Assembly: GCA_020722365.1 (NCBI GenBank)
Contig: DYKY01000002.1
Coordinates: forward strand, 8,266 to 55,251
Direction of reading: 5' to 3'
Length of the DNA stretch: 46,986 bases
From: Thermoflexus sp.
GTDB taxonomy: Bacteria; Chloroflexota; Anaerolineae; B4-G1; SLSP01
Below are positions 1 to 8,772 of the stretch, in pieces (within the stretch, counting starts at the first letter, position 1; each line of letters begins with the position of its first letter). A program made the translations under genes and the position numbers. The notes under the pieces are model-generated. The model searched no databases and was not told where the DNA came from. It saw nothing but the letters and a program-made list of their open reading frames with translations.

Positions 1-32
1 TCTTGATTCTTGATTCTTGATTCTTGATTCTT
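1..32. repeat. Heptamer tandem repeat (TCTTGAT)x4+TCTT, possibly truncated by the window edge
   Basis: Read directly; ends just before the GGAGAG RBS of the first CDS. Confidence 0.9.
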
Positions 33-46
33 TTGGAGAGTGAACT

Positions 47-541
47 ATGGTAACTTCAACATCCAGATATGCTTATATCGCGTGTGATGCAACGAAATGT
101 ATCGGTTGCCAGTTGTGCGAGTACATCTGTTCCTACACCAAGACGGGCGAGTACAATTCCTATCGTAGCCGCATCCGCACCGTGCGCGTGGATGAAATCC
201 TGATCACGGCGGTGGCGTGCCGCACGTGTGAAGATGCGCCGTGCGTCATCGCCTGCACGCGCGATGCGCTGTCACAGGACCCGGAGACGGGCATTATCCA
301 CGTGGACGCGGAGCGTTGTGATGGCTGCGCCTGGTGTATCGAAGCCTGCGATTTCGGTGCAATCTCCATCAACCCGGCGACCAAGATGGCCGAAATCTGC
401 GATCTGTGCGAGGGTGAGGAGGATGGCCCGCAGTGTGTGAAGTGGTGTCCGAAGGACGCGCTCGAACTGACGACCCCCGATCAACGCGCGCAGAAAGCGC
501 GGCATAAGTTGATTCATGAAGAGGTACATGGGCCACGGTAG
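47..541 (+). CDS. 4Fe-4S dicluster electron-transfer protein (DmsB/CooF/HycB-like)
   Basis: CIGCQLCEYIC, CRTCEDAPCVIAC, CDGCAWCIEAC, CDLC..CVKWCP motifs; GGAGAG RBS. Confidence 0.85.
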   Translation: MVTSTSRYAYIACDATKCIGCQLCEYICSYTKTGEYNSYRSRIRTVRVDEILITAVACRTCEDAPCVIACTRDALSQDPETGIIHVDAERCDGCAWCIEACDFGAISINPATKMAEICDLCEGEEDGPQCVKWCPKDALELTTPDQRAQKARHKLIHEEVHGPR

Positions 542-549
542 GGAGCTTT

Positions 550-3084
550 ATGACTGAAAACAACGAAGAACTACGCATCGGCGTGTATGTCTGCCACTGC
601 GGGTCGAACATCGGCAGTGTGGTCAATGTGCCTGAAGTCGCGGAGTACGCGGCAACGCTGCCCAACGTGGTGGTGGCGAAGGAGCACCACTATATGTGCT
701 CCGATCCCGGCCAGAATTTGATTAAGCAAGACATCCGGAAGTACAAGCTCAACCGCGTGGTTGTCGGTGCGTGTACGATTTCGATGCACGAGCCGACCTT
801 CCGTGCGGTGCTCTCGGACGAGGGGCTTAACCCCTTCTTCTTCGAGATGGCGAACATCCGCGAACATTCCTCGTGGGTTCACGCCCACGAGAAGCCAGAG
901 GCAACGCTGAAGGCCAAAGAGCTGGTCGCGGCGGCGGTGTCCAAGGTGAGCTTCAGCCGCCCGTTGGACATGTTCGAAGTGCCGGTGACGCGCAAGGCGC
1001 TTGTCATCGGCGGCGGCATTGCCGGGATCAGCGCCGCGCTGGATTTGGCCGATATGCACATCCCCACTTACCTGGTGGATAAGTCCCCGTCCATCGGCGG
1101 GCGGATGGCACAATTGGACAAAACTTTCCCCACGATGGACTGCTCCATCTGTATCGAGGCCCCGAAAATGGTGGACGTGGGCAAGAGCAAGTACATCACC
1201 CTGATGAGCTATTCCGAAGTCAAAGAGGTTGAGGGCTACATCGGCAACTTCAAGGTGAAGGTGGAGCGCAAGCCACGTTACGTCCTCGAAGATCGCTGCA
1301 CCGGCTGCGGCCTCTGTTCCGAAGTCTGCCCAATTTCTGTGCCCAATTTCGAGTTCGAGGAGGGACTGGGGCCGCGCAAGGCCATCTACGTGCCGCTCGT
1401 GCAGGCCGTCCCGGCGATCTATACAATCGACATGGATGCTTGTATCGAGTGTTTCAAATGTGTTGAGGCGTGCGGCAGCTTGCAGGCGATCAGCTTCTTC
1501 CAGGAGCCAGAAATTGAGGAACTGGAAGTCGGCGCGATTATTGTGGCCACAGGCCAGGATATGTGGGACCCCACGCCAATGGAAGAGTACGGTTTTGGCG
1601 TCTACGACAACGTGATGACGATGATGGAAATCGAGCGCCTGCACTGCGCCGGTGGGCCAACGGTGGGTGAATTTATCCGTCCCTCCGATGGCAAAACGCC
1701 CAAGACGCTGGGTCTGATCCAGTGCGTCGGCTCGCGTGACAAACGCTATCACGAGTATTGCTCCGGCTTCTGCTGCATGTACACGATCAAGAACGCGATG
1801 TTGCTCAAGTGGCTCTACCCGGAGATGGACATCACGATCTTCCGCATTGACATCCGCACGCCGGGCAAGACCTACGAGGAATTCTACGCGCGCGCGCGGC
1901 AGGCGGGCATCCACTTCGTCCAGGGCCGCCCCGCCGAAATCCGCGAGGACCCGGCGACGAAAAACCTTATTGTACACGTCCATAATGCTGCGCTCGACCG
2001 GCAGATGGCGTACGAATTCGAGATGGTGGGGCTGGCGACGGCGGCGATTCCCTCGGCAGGCGTCGAAGAGTTGGCGCGTACGCTGACCGTCCCCCTCGAC
2101 ACATACGGCTGGTTTCTGGAATCGCACCCCAAGCTCAAGCCGATTGACTCCTCGACAGAGGGCGTCTACCTGGCCGGGTCGGCGCAGGGGCCGAAGGACA
2201 TCCCGCAGAGTGTGGCGCAGGGGAGCGCCGCTGCCGGGCGCGCCGCGCGCGTGCTCAACGCCGGGAAGTGGGAGATCGACCCCATCGTCGCCTATGTGGA
2301 TCCGAATCGCTGCCTCAACACCAATCCCAAAAGCAAGTGTACGCAGTGTGCGCAGGCGTGTCCCTATGGTGCGGTGATCAACTTGCCGGGGACGGGCCAG
2401 CCGAGCCAGATTATCCCGGCGAAGTGTCACGGCTGCGGGACGTGTGTGGCGGAGTGTCCGGCCAACGCCATCACGCAGTGGCACTTCACCGACGGGCAAA
2501 TCCTGGCGCAGGTGCATTCGTTGTTGGCCGACAGGCCCGAAGAGAAGGTCTTGGCTTTCACCTGCCGCTGGTGCAGTGGCCTGGGTGCGGACAATGCCGG
2601 CGTGAGCCATTTCCAGTATCCGGCCAACACCCGCAACATCATGGTGATGTGCTCCGGGCGCGTGGATCCGGATTTTGTGCTGGAAGCGTTCAAATTGGGC
2701 GCGGGGGCGGTGCTCGTGTCGGGCTGTCACGTCCAGGACTGCCACTACATCACCGGGCGGCAAAAGGCGGATATCCGCATGGAAAAATTGATGACGCAAT
2801 TGGAACGCATGGGGATGACGGCGGGCCGTTTCCGCATGGAGGAAGTCTCGGCGACCGAGGGGGCAAAGTGGGCGCGCATTATGACCGAGATGAGTGAGAC
2901 CGTCACGGGGATGGGACCGGAAGGCGTCAAGGCTGAAAATGCGAAACTGCTGCCGCAACTGGAAAAGCGACTGGCGCGCGTCCGCGAGGGGCTGGATGCC
3001 GCGCGGGTGCTCGACATCTTCGAGGCGCGGCTGCAAGGTGTCAAGACGGAAGTGCAGCAGGCGTATGAACGGGAGAAGGGCTAA
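550..3084 (+). CDS. hdrA: Heterodisulfide reductase subunit A fused to a C-terminal MvhD/FlpD [2Fe-2S] domain
   Basis: N-terminal GVYVCHCGSNI, FAD motif GGGIAG, LDKTFPTMDCSIC, CSGFCCMY, ferredoxin inserts; C-terminal FTCRWCS..GAD, CSGRVD, GCH..DCHY typical of MvhD. Confidence 0.92.
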   Translation: MTENNEELRIGVYVCHCGSNIGSVVNVPEVAEYAATLPNVVVAKEHHYMCSDPGQNLIKQDIRKYKLNRVVVGACTISMHEPTFRAVLSDEGLNPFFFEMANIREHSSWVHAHEKPEATLKAKELVAAAVSKVSFSRPLDMFEVPVTRKALVIGGGIAGISAALDLADMHIPTYLVDKSPSIGGRMAQLDKTFPTMDCSICIEAPKMVDVGKSKYITLMSYSEVKEVEGYIGNFKVKVERKPRYVLEDRCTGCGLCSEVCPISVPNFEFEEGLGPRKAIYVPLVQAVPAIYTIDMDACIECFKCVEACGSLQAISFFQEPEIEELEVGAIIVATGQDMWDPTPMEEYGFGVYDNVMTMMEIERLHCAGGPTVGEFIRPSDGKTPKTLGLIQCVGSRDKRYHEYCSGFCCMYTIKNAMLLKWLYPEMDITIFRIDIRTPGKTYEEFYARARQAGIHFVQGRPAEIREDPATKNLIVHVHNAALDRQMAYEFEMVGLATAAIPSAGVEELARTLTVPLDTYGWFLESHPKLKPIDSSTEGVYLAGSAQGPKDIPQSVAQGSAAAGRAARVLNAGKWEIDPIVAYVDPNRCLNTNPKSKCTQCAQACPYGAVINLPGTGQPSQIIPAKCHGCGTCVAECPANAITQWHFTDGQILAQVHSLLADRPEEKVLAFTCRWCSGLGADNAGVSHFQYPANTRNIMVMCSGRVDPDFVLEAFKLGAGAVLVSGCHVQDCHYITGRQKADIRMEKLMTQLERMGMTAGRFRMEEVSATEGAKWARIMTEMSETVTGMGPEGVKAENAKLLPQLEKRLARVREGLDAARVLDIFEARLQGVKTEVQQAYEREKG

Positions 3085-3296
3085 TGCAAGCTATTCGCGA
3101 AATCCGGACGGTCGAACAGGGACAGATCGTACTCAATTTACCTTCTACACTTTGGGGGCAGCAGGTTGAGGTGATTGTGTTACCCATATCGGCGCAAGAG
3201 GCACAACCTTTTCGGAAGAAGAGTTTGCGGGGTTGTTTACAAGAATACGCTCGACCAGACATAGACCCGGGAACAGAGGAGATAGGAGATGACTGA
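3084..3296 (+). CDS. Small antitoxin-like protein, probably C-terminally truncated orphan
   Basis: 70 aa; VEQGQIVLNLP..VEVIVLP..KKSLRGCLQEYA resembles small antitoxins usually preceding PIN toxins; TAATG overlap with hdrA stop. Confidence 0.5.
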   Translation: MQAIREIRTVEQGQIVLNLPSTLWGQQVEVIVLPISAQEAQPFRKKSLRGCLQEYARPDIDPGTEEIGDD

Positions 3297-3552
3297 GACG
3301 GTAGTCGTAGATGAAGTCATTGTGCCCATCACTGTAGATTATCTGGAAGAAGACGCCGTCTATAAAATCAGTTGTCCGGCGTTGCCTGGATGTCATGCCT
3401 GGGGAGAAACTTTAGACGAAGCCATGCGTCTTATTCCGGCTAACATCCGGGCGCTGTTGGAAGCACGTAAGAGCAAGAACTCCCCTATTCCATCCTTGTT
3501 TGCGCCGCTCCAACCAGAAACGTATCTTGTTCTCAGGATGGTGCCTGCATGA
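3289..3552 (+). CDS. hicB: HicB-family antitoxin
   Basis: YKISCPALPGCHAWGETLDEA motif; GGAG RBS. Confidence 0.85.
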   Translation: MTETVVVDEVIVPITVDYLEEDAVYKISCPALPGCHAWGETLDEAMRLIPANIRALLEARKSKNSPIPSLFAPLQPETYLVLRMVPA

Positions 3553-3761
3553 AATGTCGGGAACTGGTCAAGCGGTTGCGGAAGTCAGGCTGCGAATTTG
3601 TCCGCAACGCGGCCGGTTCACATTGAATCTGGTGGAACCCTGCCAATGGACAATACACGACTATCCCCGATTGGGGAAGTAAGGATTTAAAGATGGGCAC
3701 ATTGCGCAGTATTCTATCCGATCTCGGCTTAACAACGGATGAAATTCTTGGAAAAAGGTAA
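3549..3761 (+). pseudogene. hicA: HicA-family toxin with in-frame TGA at 3624-3626
   Basis: Manual translation MKCRELVKRLRKSGCEFVRNAAGSH*IWWNPANGQYTTIPDWGSKDLKMGTLRSILSDLGL; ATGA overlap with hicB; absent from the ORF track. Confidence 0.85.
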
Positions 3762-3766
3762 AGATT

Positions 3767-4426
3767 ATGACCTCTGAACTGCATCCTTTTCTCACTGAAG
3801 TCATGAAGTTGCGGGGCGGCAAAGACGTGCTGGAATGTTACCAGTGCGGCACGTGTTCCGCCTCGTGTCCCGCGCTACAGGATATGGAGCACGGGCCGCG
3901 CCGTTTAATGTACATGATCCAAAACGGGATGGAGGAAGAAGTGCTCTCCAGCCCCGATATCTGGCGCTGCGTTTCGTGTTACTCATGCATGAACCGTTGT
4001 CCACGCGGGATCGAAATCACGGTTTTGTTCTCCGAACTGCGCCGTCTTGCTGTACAAAAAGGCTACGTGGCGGATAAGGAAGCGCAGTTCGGGCAGGTGT
4101 TTACTGTGACGTTGGCGCAGCACGGGCGGATGTTCGAGCCGGAACTGTTGATACGCTACTATCTGCGCACTTGGGACGTGAAGGGCATGCTAGGGATGAT
4201 CGTCCCGGGCTTGAAGATGCTGTTGAAAGGCAAAGTGGCGTTCTCCCCGGAGAATATCCCCGCGTCCCAGGAGTTGCGCGATGCCGGCGTTGTTCCGCAA
4301 GTCGATCCTTTCCCCCGCCGGAAATTCAATGACCGCGTTGTTGCTATCGTGACCAGGATATTAGGCCTTGTCGCTGCCAGTGGCAGGTTATTCTCGGGTG
4401 GCAAGAAGGAGACACTCCATGGCTAA
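3767..4426 (+). CDS. hdrC: Heterodisulfide reductase subunit C
   Basis: CYQCGTCSASCP and WRCVSCYSCMNRCPRGI motifs; lies between hdrA and hdrB. Confidence 0.9.
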   Translation: MTSELHPFLTEVMKLRGGKDVLECYQCGTCSASCPALQDMEHGPRRLMYMIQNGMEEEVLSSPDIWRCVSCYSCMNRCPRGIEITVLFSELRRLAVQKGYVADKEAQFGQVFTVTLAQHGRMFEPELLIRYYLRTWDVKGMLGMIVPGLKMLLKGKVAFSPENIPASQELRDAGVVPQVDPFPRRKFNDRVVAIVTRILGLVAASGRLFSGGKKETLHG

Positions 4427-5294
4427 AACTTACGCTTACTATCCCGGATGCAGCCTGAAGTCCACCGCGAAAGAGTACGATATATCTGTGCGTGCCGTCT
4501 TCGCCAAGCTGGACATTGAATTGCACGAGCTTGAGGGATGGACGTGCTGCGGCGCGACCCATTCCGCCATCTATAACGATGACTCGCGTTTCCTGCTCTC
4601 CCTGCGCAACGTGGCGTTGGCGGAGATGCAAGGGTACGATACCATCGTCGCGCCGTGCAGCGCGTGCTATAAGAACCTGCGCCGCGCGGCTAAGCTGGCT
4701 GAAGCCGACAAAACAATCTGTGCCCGGGTGAACGCCGAAATGGAAGAGACCTTCAGTTGTTCCGGTAAGGTCGAAGTGTTACATCCGCTGTATCTCATTT
4801 TGCGGGATTATGGCCTGGACGCTTTGAAGAAGCGGGTGGTGCGCCCGTTGACCGGCCTGAAAGTTGCTTGCTATTACGGGTGTATGCTTACCCGCCCGGC
4901 GGACGAGTTCGACAGCCCAGAGCGCCCCACGGGGATGGACCGGTTGGTCGAGGCGCTGGGCGCTGAGCCGGTGGAGTACGACTACAAGGCCAAGTGCTGC
5001 GGCGGCGCGATGGCGCTTTCGCATGGGGGAACGACCGCACGTATGGCGGGCAATGTGTTAGCCTCGGCCAAGGAGCGCGGTGCGGAAGTGGTGACGTTGG
5101 GGTGTCCGATGTGTCATATGGCGCTCGATCTATACCAGTCGAAGGCCGAGAAGGTGGTGCAGCGTGATCTGGACTTGCCGGTGGTGTTCTTCACGCAGTT
5201 GATGGGCCTGGCGCTCGGCCTCGAACCGGCGCAGTTGGGCTTGCAGCGGCACATTGTCCCGACGGCAAGCGTCGTCGCGCGAGTTGTGGGATGA
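4419..5294 (+). CDS. hdrB: Heterodisulfide reductase subunit B (two CCG domains)
   Basis: YYPGCS, WTCCGA, PCSACY, YYGC, KCCGG, CPMCH; start set at ATG 4419 after AAGGAG RBS. Confidence 0.92.
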   Translation: MAKTYAYYPGCSLKSTAKEYDISVRAVFAKLDIELHELEGWTCCGATHSAIYNDDSRFLLSLRNVALAEMQGYDTIVAPCSACYKNLRRAAKLAEADKTICARVNAEMEETFSCSGKVEVLHPLYLILRDYGLDALKKRVVRPLTGLKVACYYGCMLTRPADEFDSPERPTGMDRLVEALGAEPVEYDYKAKCCGGAMALSHGGTTARMAGNVLASAKERGAEVVTLGCPMCHMALDLYQSKAEKVVQRDLDLPVVFFTQLMGLALGLEPAQLGLQRHIVPTASVVARVVG

Positions 5295-5557
5295 GTAAGC
5301 GCCTGACTTCGAAACATCAAAAAACCTTGCAAGCTGTCTTTGCCAATCCAGTCCGCAGCAATATCCACTGGTCAGACATAGAAAGTTTGCTGGCGGCATG
5401 TGGGGCAGAGATCAGCGAAGGGAATGGCTCCAGAGTGCGTATTGCATTGAATGGTGTGCGGGCGGTGTTTCACCGGCCTCATCCACAAAAAGAAACAGAC
5501 AAAGGGACTGTAGCTTCGCTGCGTCGATTTCTGACTGAAGCAGGGGTAGAACTATGA
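5291..5557 (+). CDS. hicA: HicA-family toxin (mRNA interferase), intact
   Basis: WSDIESLL..GAEISEGNGSRV..FHRPHPQKE pattern; ATGA overlap with hdrB. Confidence 0.88.
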   Translation: MSKRLTSKHQKTLQAVFANPVRSNIHWSDIESLLAACGAEISEGNGSRVRIALNGVRAVFHRPHPQKETDKGTVASLRRFLTEAGVEL

Positions 5558-5880
5558 TGGAATACAAAGGATATGTCGCACACGTTAAGTTTGATGATGA
5601 GGCCCGTATTTTTCACGGTGAAGTCGTCAATATACGGGATGTAATCACTTTTCAGGGCCAGTCTGTGAGCGAGTTATATCAAGCCTTTCAAGATTCCGTG
5701 AATGATTATCTAGACTTTTGTGTGGAGCGTCATGAGGAGCCGGACACGCCTTTTTCAGGGCGTTTCCTCGTACAACTGCCGCCAGAACAGTATCGCAAGG
5801 TAATCTTTGCGGCTGAAAAAGTGGGTATGGGGGTGGATTCCTGGATCACCGACATTATCGCTCAGGCAGTGAGGGCTTGA
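5554..5880 (+). CDS. hicB: HicB-family antitoxin
   Basis: MEYKGY..FHGEVVNIRDVITFQG.SV.EL..AF..SV.DYL..C, FSGRF; ATGA overlap with hicA. Confidence 0.9.
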   Translation: MMEYKGYVAHVKFDDEARIFHGEVVNIRDVITFQGQSVSELYQAFQDSVNDYLDFCVERHEEPDTPFSGRFLVQLPPEQYRKVIFAAEKVGMGVDSWITDIIAQAVRA

Positions 5881-5897
5881 CTACAAGGAGATAGAGC

Positions 5898-6866
5898 GTG
5901 AAACGTGGAACAACTTTGAAACACCGCACTGAATCATCGCTCACCTTAGAGCGTAAAATGGTCACGCACCATGACGTCTTGACCTGGGATTTGGACCGCT
6001 GCGTGGGCTGTCAGATCGGACCGCTGGTATGTCCCAAAGAAGCCATCAGCCACATCGATGGTGTCGTCGAGAACGGGCACATGGTGACGAAGCTGTTGGT
6101 GGATGTCGATCCCGACAAGTGTATCTTTTGCGGCATGTGTGTGGAGATGTGCCCGATGCGGGCGATTACGTTGACGCTCAACGGTGAACCCTACAATCCC
6201 GTCATCGAGCATGAAGCGTTTCCCAAGCTGCTGAAATCCACCAAATTCAACAAGGACGCATTTGATTTTGGCTTGAAGGACTTTGTCATTGAGAACTGCT
6301 CCGCGGGCGTCATCAGCTACGATGAAGAACATGACACGATGAAGGTAGACCAGGAGCACTGCATTCGCTGCCGTCAGTGTGAGGTCGCCAGCGATGGTGC
6401 TTTCGAGGTACAACAACCCTGGCAGGGTACGGTGCTGCTACGCCGCGAGCTGTGCGTCGAAGGCTGTTTTGCCTGCGCCGACGTCTGCCCGACGCGCGCG
6501 TTGCACATCGACGAAAACGGCCAACTGGTTCACGCGGATTACTTTTGCATCAAGTGCGGCGCATGTATGCAAATTTGCCCGATCAAACCGGAGTGGGAAG
6601 AGTACGACGTGCATTTCGAGTCCCAAGGCGTCGTCTACACGCGGACGCATCGCCGGATAAAGAATGTCGACGAATTGCCGGTGCTTGTGGAACGCTGGCG
6701 CGTGCGCCATACGCCCGTCGAGAGCGCCGCGTGGCTTGAGGCCCTGGCGAAGCTTGCCGATGACAAGGCCAGCCAGGTCGAAATTGACCGCAAGCGCGCT
6801 GTGCGTCGCCGAGACTTAATCCTTGCGCTGAAGGGCGGCAAATCACGCGTCAAGGAACTCGAATAA
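5898..6866 (+). CDS. Polyferredoxin, FwdF/MvhB-like
   Basis: Several CxxCxxCxxxCP motifs (some degenerate); C-terminal HTPVESAAWLEALAKL resembles archaeal FwdF-type tails; AAGGAG RBS, GTG start. Confidence 0.75.
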   Translation: MKRGTTLKHRTESSLTLERKMVTHHDVLTWDLDRCVGCQIGPLVCPKEAISHIDGVVENGHMVTKLLVDVDPDKCIFCGMCVEMCPMRAITLTLNGEPYNPVIEHEAFPKLLKSTKFNKDAFDFGLKDFVIENCSAGVISYDEEHDTMKVDQEHCIRCRQCEVASDGAFEVQQPWQGTVLLRRELCVEGCFACADVCPTRALHIDENGQLVHADYFCIKCGACMQICPIKPEWEEYDVHFESQGVVYTRTHRRIKNVDELPVLVERWRVRHTPVESAAWLEALAKLADDKASQVEIDRKRAVRRRDLILALKGGKSRVKELE

Positions 6867-6885
6867 GCCTTGCTAACCGATCTTT

Positions 6886-6924
6886 GCCGCGCCCCGCACA
6901 CGTCATCGCGGGGCGCGGTGGTTT
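6886..6924 (+). terminator. GC-rich hairpin, probable terminator of the hdr operon
   Basis: CCGCGCCCCGC (6887-6897) / GCGGGGCGCGG (6908-6918) perfect 11-bp stem; only a weak T tail. Confidence 0.55.
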
Positions 6925-7037
6925 AGACGCGAGGTGCGCTTTTAGGGCCTAACCCCACAAATTCTTGCCCAACGAGCAAGAAACGGGCGTCGCAGGCCTT
7001 TTTGGTTCCGGTTTATCCGGGTTAGGAGGGAACGGAA

Positions 7038-8612
7038 ATGCTGCTGCGTCAGTTGTTGACGGCTGTGTCGGAGTCGGCGATGCCGGTTGTGCTGGAAATT
7101 AGCGACAGTGCGACGCCGGGTGATACGCCGATTGCGGGGATCACCGACGATTCCCGGCAGGTTCGGCCCGGCTTTCTGTTTGTTGCGGTGCGCGGTGTGC
7201 ATGTGGACGGTCACCGTTTTGTTCCGGCGGCTGTCGCTGCCGGCGCGGCTGCCGTCGTTGGCGAGGAGCCTGCTGCCACCCTGAATCTGCCATTTGGTTT
7301 ACCCTATTTGCGCGTAGTCGATGCTCGTACGGCGCTGGGCTGGCTGCACGCGGCCTGGCACGGCTTCCCCTCGCGTCGCCTGGCGCTGACCGGCGTCACC
7401 GGCACCGACGGCAAGACGACGACGACGAACCTCCTCTACGCGATCCTGCGCGCTGCCGGGCACGAGACGGGGATGATCAGCACCGTCAACGCGCGGATCG
7501 GCGCGCTGAACCTGGATACCGGCCTGCACACCACCACGCCGCATCCCGCTGACGTGCAGCGTTACCTGGCCGACATGGTCGCCGCAGGCGCGACGCACGC
7601 CGTTCTGGAGACGACGTCGGAGGGGCTGGCGCAGCAGCGCCTCGCCGGGTGCGACTTCGACGTGGCGGTCGTCACCAACATCACGCACGAGCATGTAACC
7701 GCCCACGGCACGTGGGAGGCCTACCGCGAGGCGAAAGCGACACTCTTCCGTGGGCTGGCGACGGCAGCGCGCAAACCCGATGTGCCGAAAGTCGCTGTGC
7801 TCAACCGTGACGATTCCCGTTCGTTCGACTATCTCCGCGCGATTCCTGTGGAACAGCAGGTGGTTTACGGCATTGAGACGGCGGATGTTGACGTGACGGC
7901 CTGCGATATCGATTACTCGCCGCAGGGCATCCGCGCGACACTGCACAGTCCGTGGGGAAAGGTGGAAGTGGTTTCGCCGCTGGTGGGCGCGTTCAACGTG
8001 AGCAACATCCTGGCGGCAGCCTCGGCGGCGCTGGCGCTCGGTGCGCCGCTCGACGCGGTGGTTGAAGGGATTGCGGCGGTGCAAGGTGTGCCGGGGCGCA
8101 TGGAGCGCATCGACGAGGGCCAGCCGTTCACCGCGATTGTGGATTTCGCGCACACGCCCAACGCGCTGCGCGTGGCGCTGTTGGCGGCGCGGCAGTGGGT
8201 GGCGGGACAGGGGCGCGTCATTGTCGCCTTTGGGTCCGCCGGGTTGCGGGATCGCGAGAAGCGCCGCATGATGGGCGAAGTCGCCGGAGAACTGGCCGAC
8301 CTGATCGTGCTGACCGCCGAAGATCCCCGCACCGAACCCCTGGATGACATCCTTGCGGAGATGGCTGAGGGGGTGAAGCGCCATTCGCGTGTGGAAGGTG
8401 TGGATTTCTGGCGCGTACCGGATCGCGGCGCAGCCCTGCTGCACGCCGTCAGGCTTGCGCGGCCCGGTGACATTGTTCTCGCGTGTGGCAAAGGACACGA
8501 GCAGAGCATGTGCTTCGGGACGGTCGAATATCCCTGGGACGACCGTAAGGCCTTACGGCGCGCCCTCCATGGTGAAACGTTGGACACATTACCTACTCAT
8601 TCGGGGACGTGA
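7038..8612 (+). CDS. murE: UDP-MurNAc-dipeptide:diamino acid ligase MurE
   Basis: DSRQV, GVTGTDGKTT P-loop, HTTTP, PGRME, VDFAHTP, EDPR, GKGHE; AGGAGG RBS. Confidence 0.93.
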   Translation: MLLRQLLTAVSESAMPVVLEISDSATPGDTPIAGITDDSRQVRPGFLFVAVRGVHVDGHRFVPAAVAAGAAAVVGEEPAATLNLPFGLPYLRVVDARTALGWLHAAWHGFPSRRLALTGVTGTDGKTTTTNLLYAILRAAGHETGMISTVNARIGALNLDTGLHTTTPHPADVQRYLADMVAAGATHAVLETTSEGLAQQRLAGCDFDVAVVTNITHEHVTAHGTWEAYREAKATLFRGLATAARKPDVPKVAVLNRDDSRSFDYLRAIPVEQQVVYGIETADVDVTACDIDYSPQGIRATLHSPWGKVEVVSPLVGAFNVSNILAAASAALALGAPLDAVVEGIAAVQGVPGRMERIDEGQPFTAIVDFAHTPNALRVALLAARQWVAGQGRVIVAFGSAGLRDREKRRMMGEVAGELADLIVLTAEDPRTEPLDDILAEMAEGVKRHSRVEGVDFWRVPDRGAALLHAVRLARPGDIVLACGKGHEQSMCFGTVEYPWDDRKALRRALHGETLDTLPTHSGT

Positions 8613-8621
8613 ATTGCCCAT

Positions 8622-8703
8622 CACGAATGTTTGCATTTGCCGAATCTTCACGAATTCACACTAGTTTCTGCATATATTCGTGACGATTCGTGTAAATTCG
8701 TGG
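8622..8703. repeat. Inverted-repeat element of three CGAAT and three ATTCG units
   Basis: CACGAAT 8622, CGAAT 8641, TCACGAAT 8648 vs ATTCGTGA 8676, ATTCGTG 8686, ATTCGTGG 8696. Confidence 0.75.
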
Positions 8704-8729
8704 TTAGTATTGAAGCGGTTGATGCCTAT

Positions 8730-8757
8730 GCTGATAGCTGGCGGCTGAAAGCTGAAT
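8730..8757. repeat. Heptamer tandem GCTGATA-GCTGGCG-GCTGAAA-GCTGAAT
   Basis: Read directly; reverse complement of the unit family at 35674-35827. Confidence 0.7.
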
Positions 8758-8772
8758 GTTTTGGAGTGACTC

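Noticed and set aside
571-3036. 821-aa minus-strand ORF, and similar long antisense ORFs (7299-8498, 8704-9825, 43756-45483, 45796-46749)
   Set aside because: Antisense shadows of well-supported GC-rich genes; no recognisable motifs
3624-3626. In-frame TGA as selenocysteine
   Set aside because: The position is not a Cys site in HicA and no convincing SECIS hairpin follows; nonsense mutation or error is more likely
4368-4418. ORF-track N-terminal extensions (4368, 13197, 19128, 21717, 22324, 37168, 43451, 43855)
   Set aside because: Most overlap neighbouring genes; downstream starts fit RBS position or domain boundaries better
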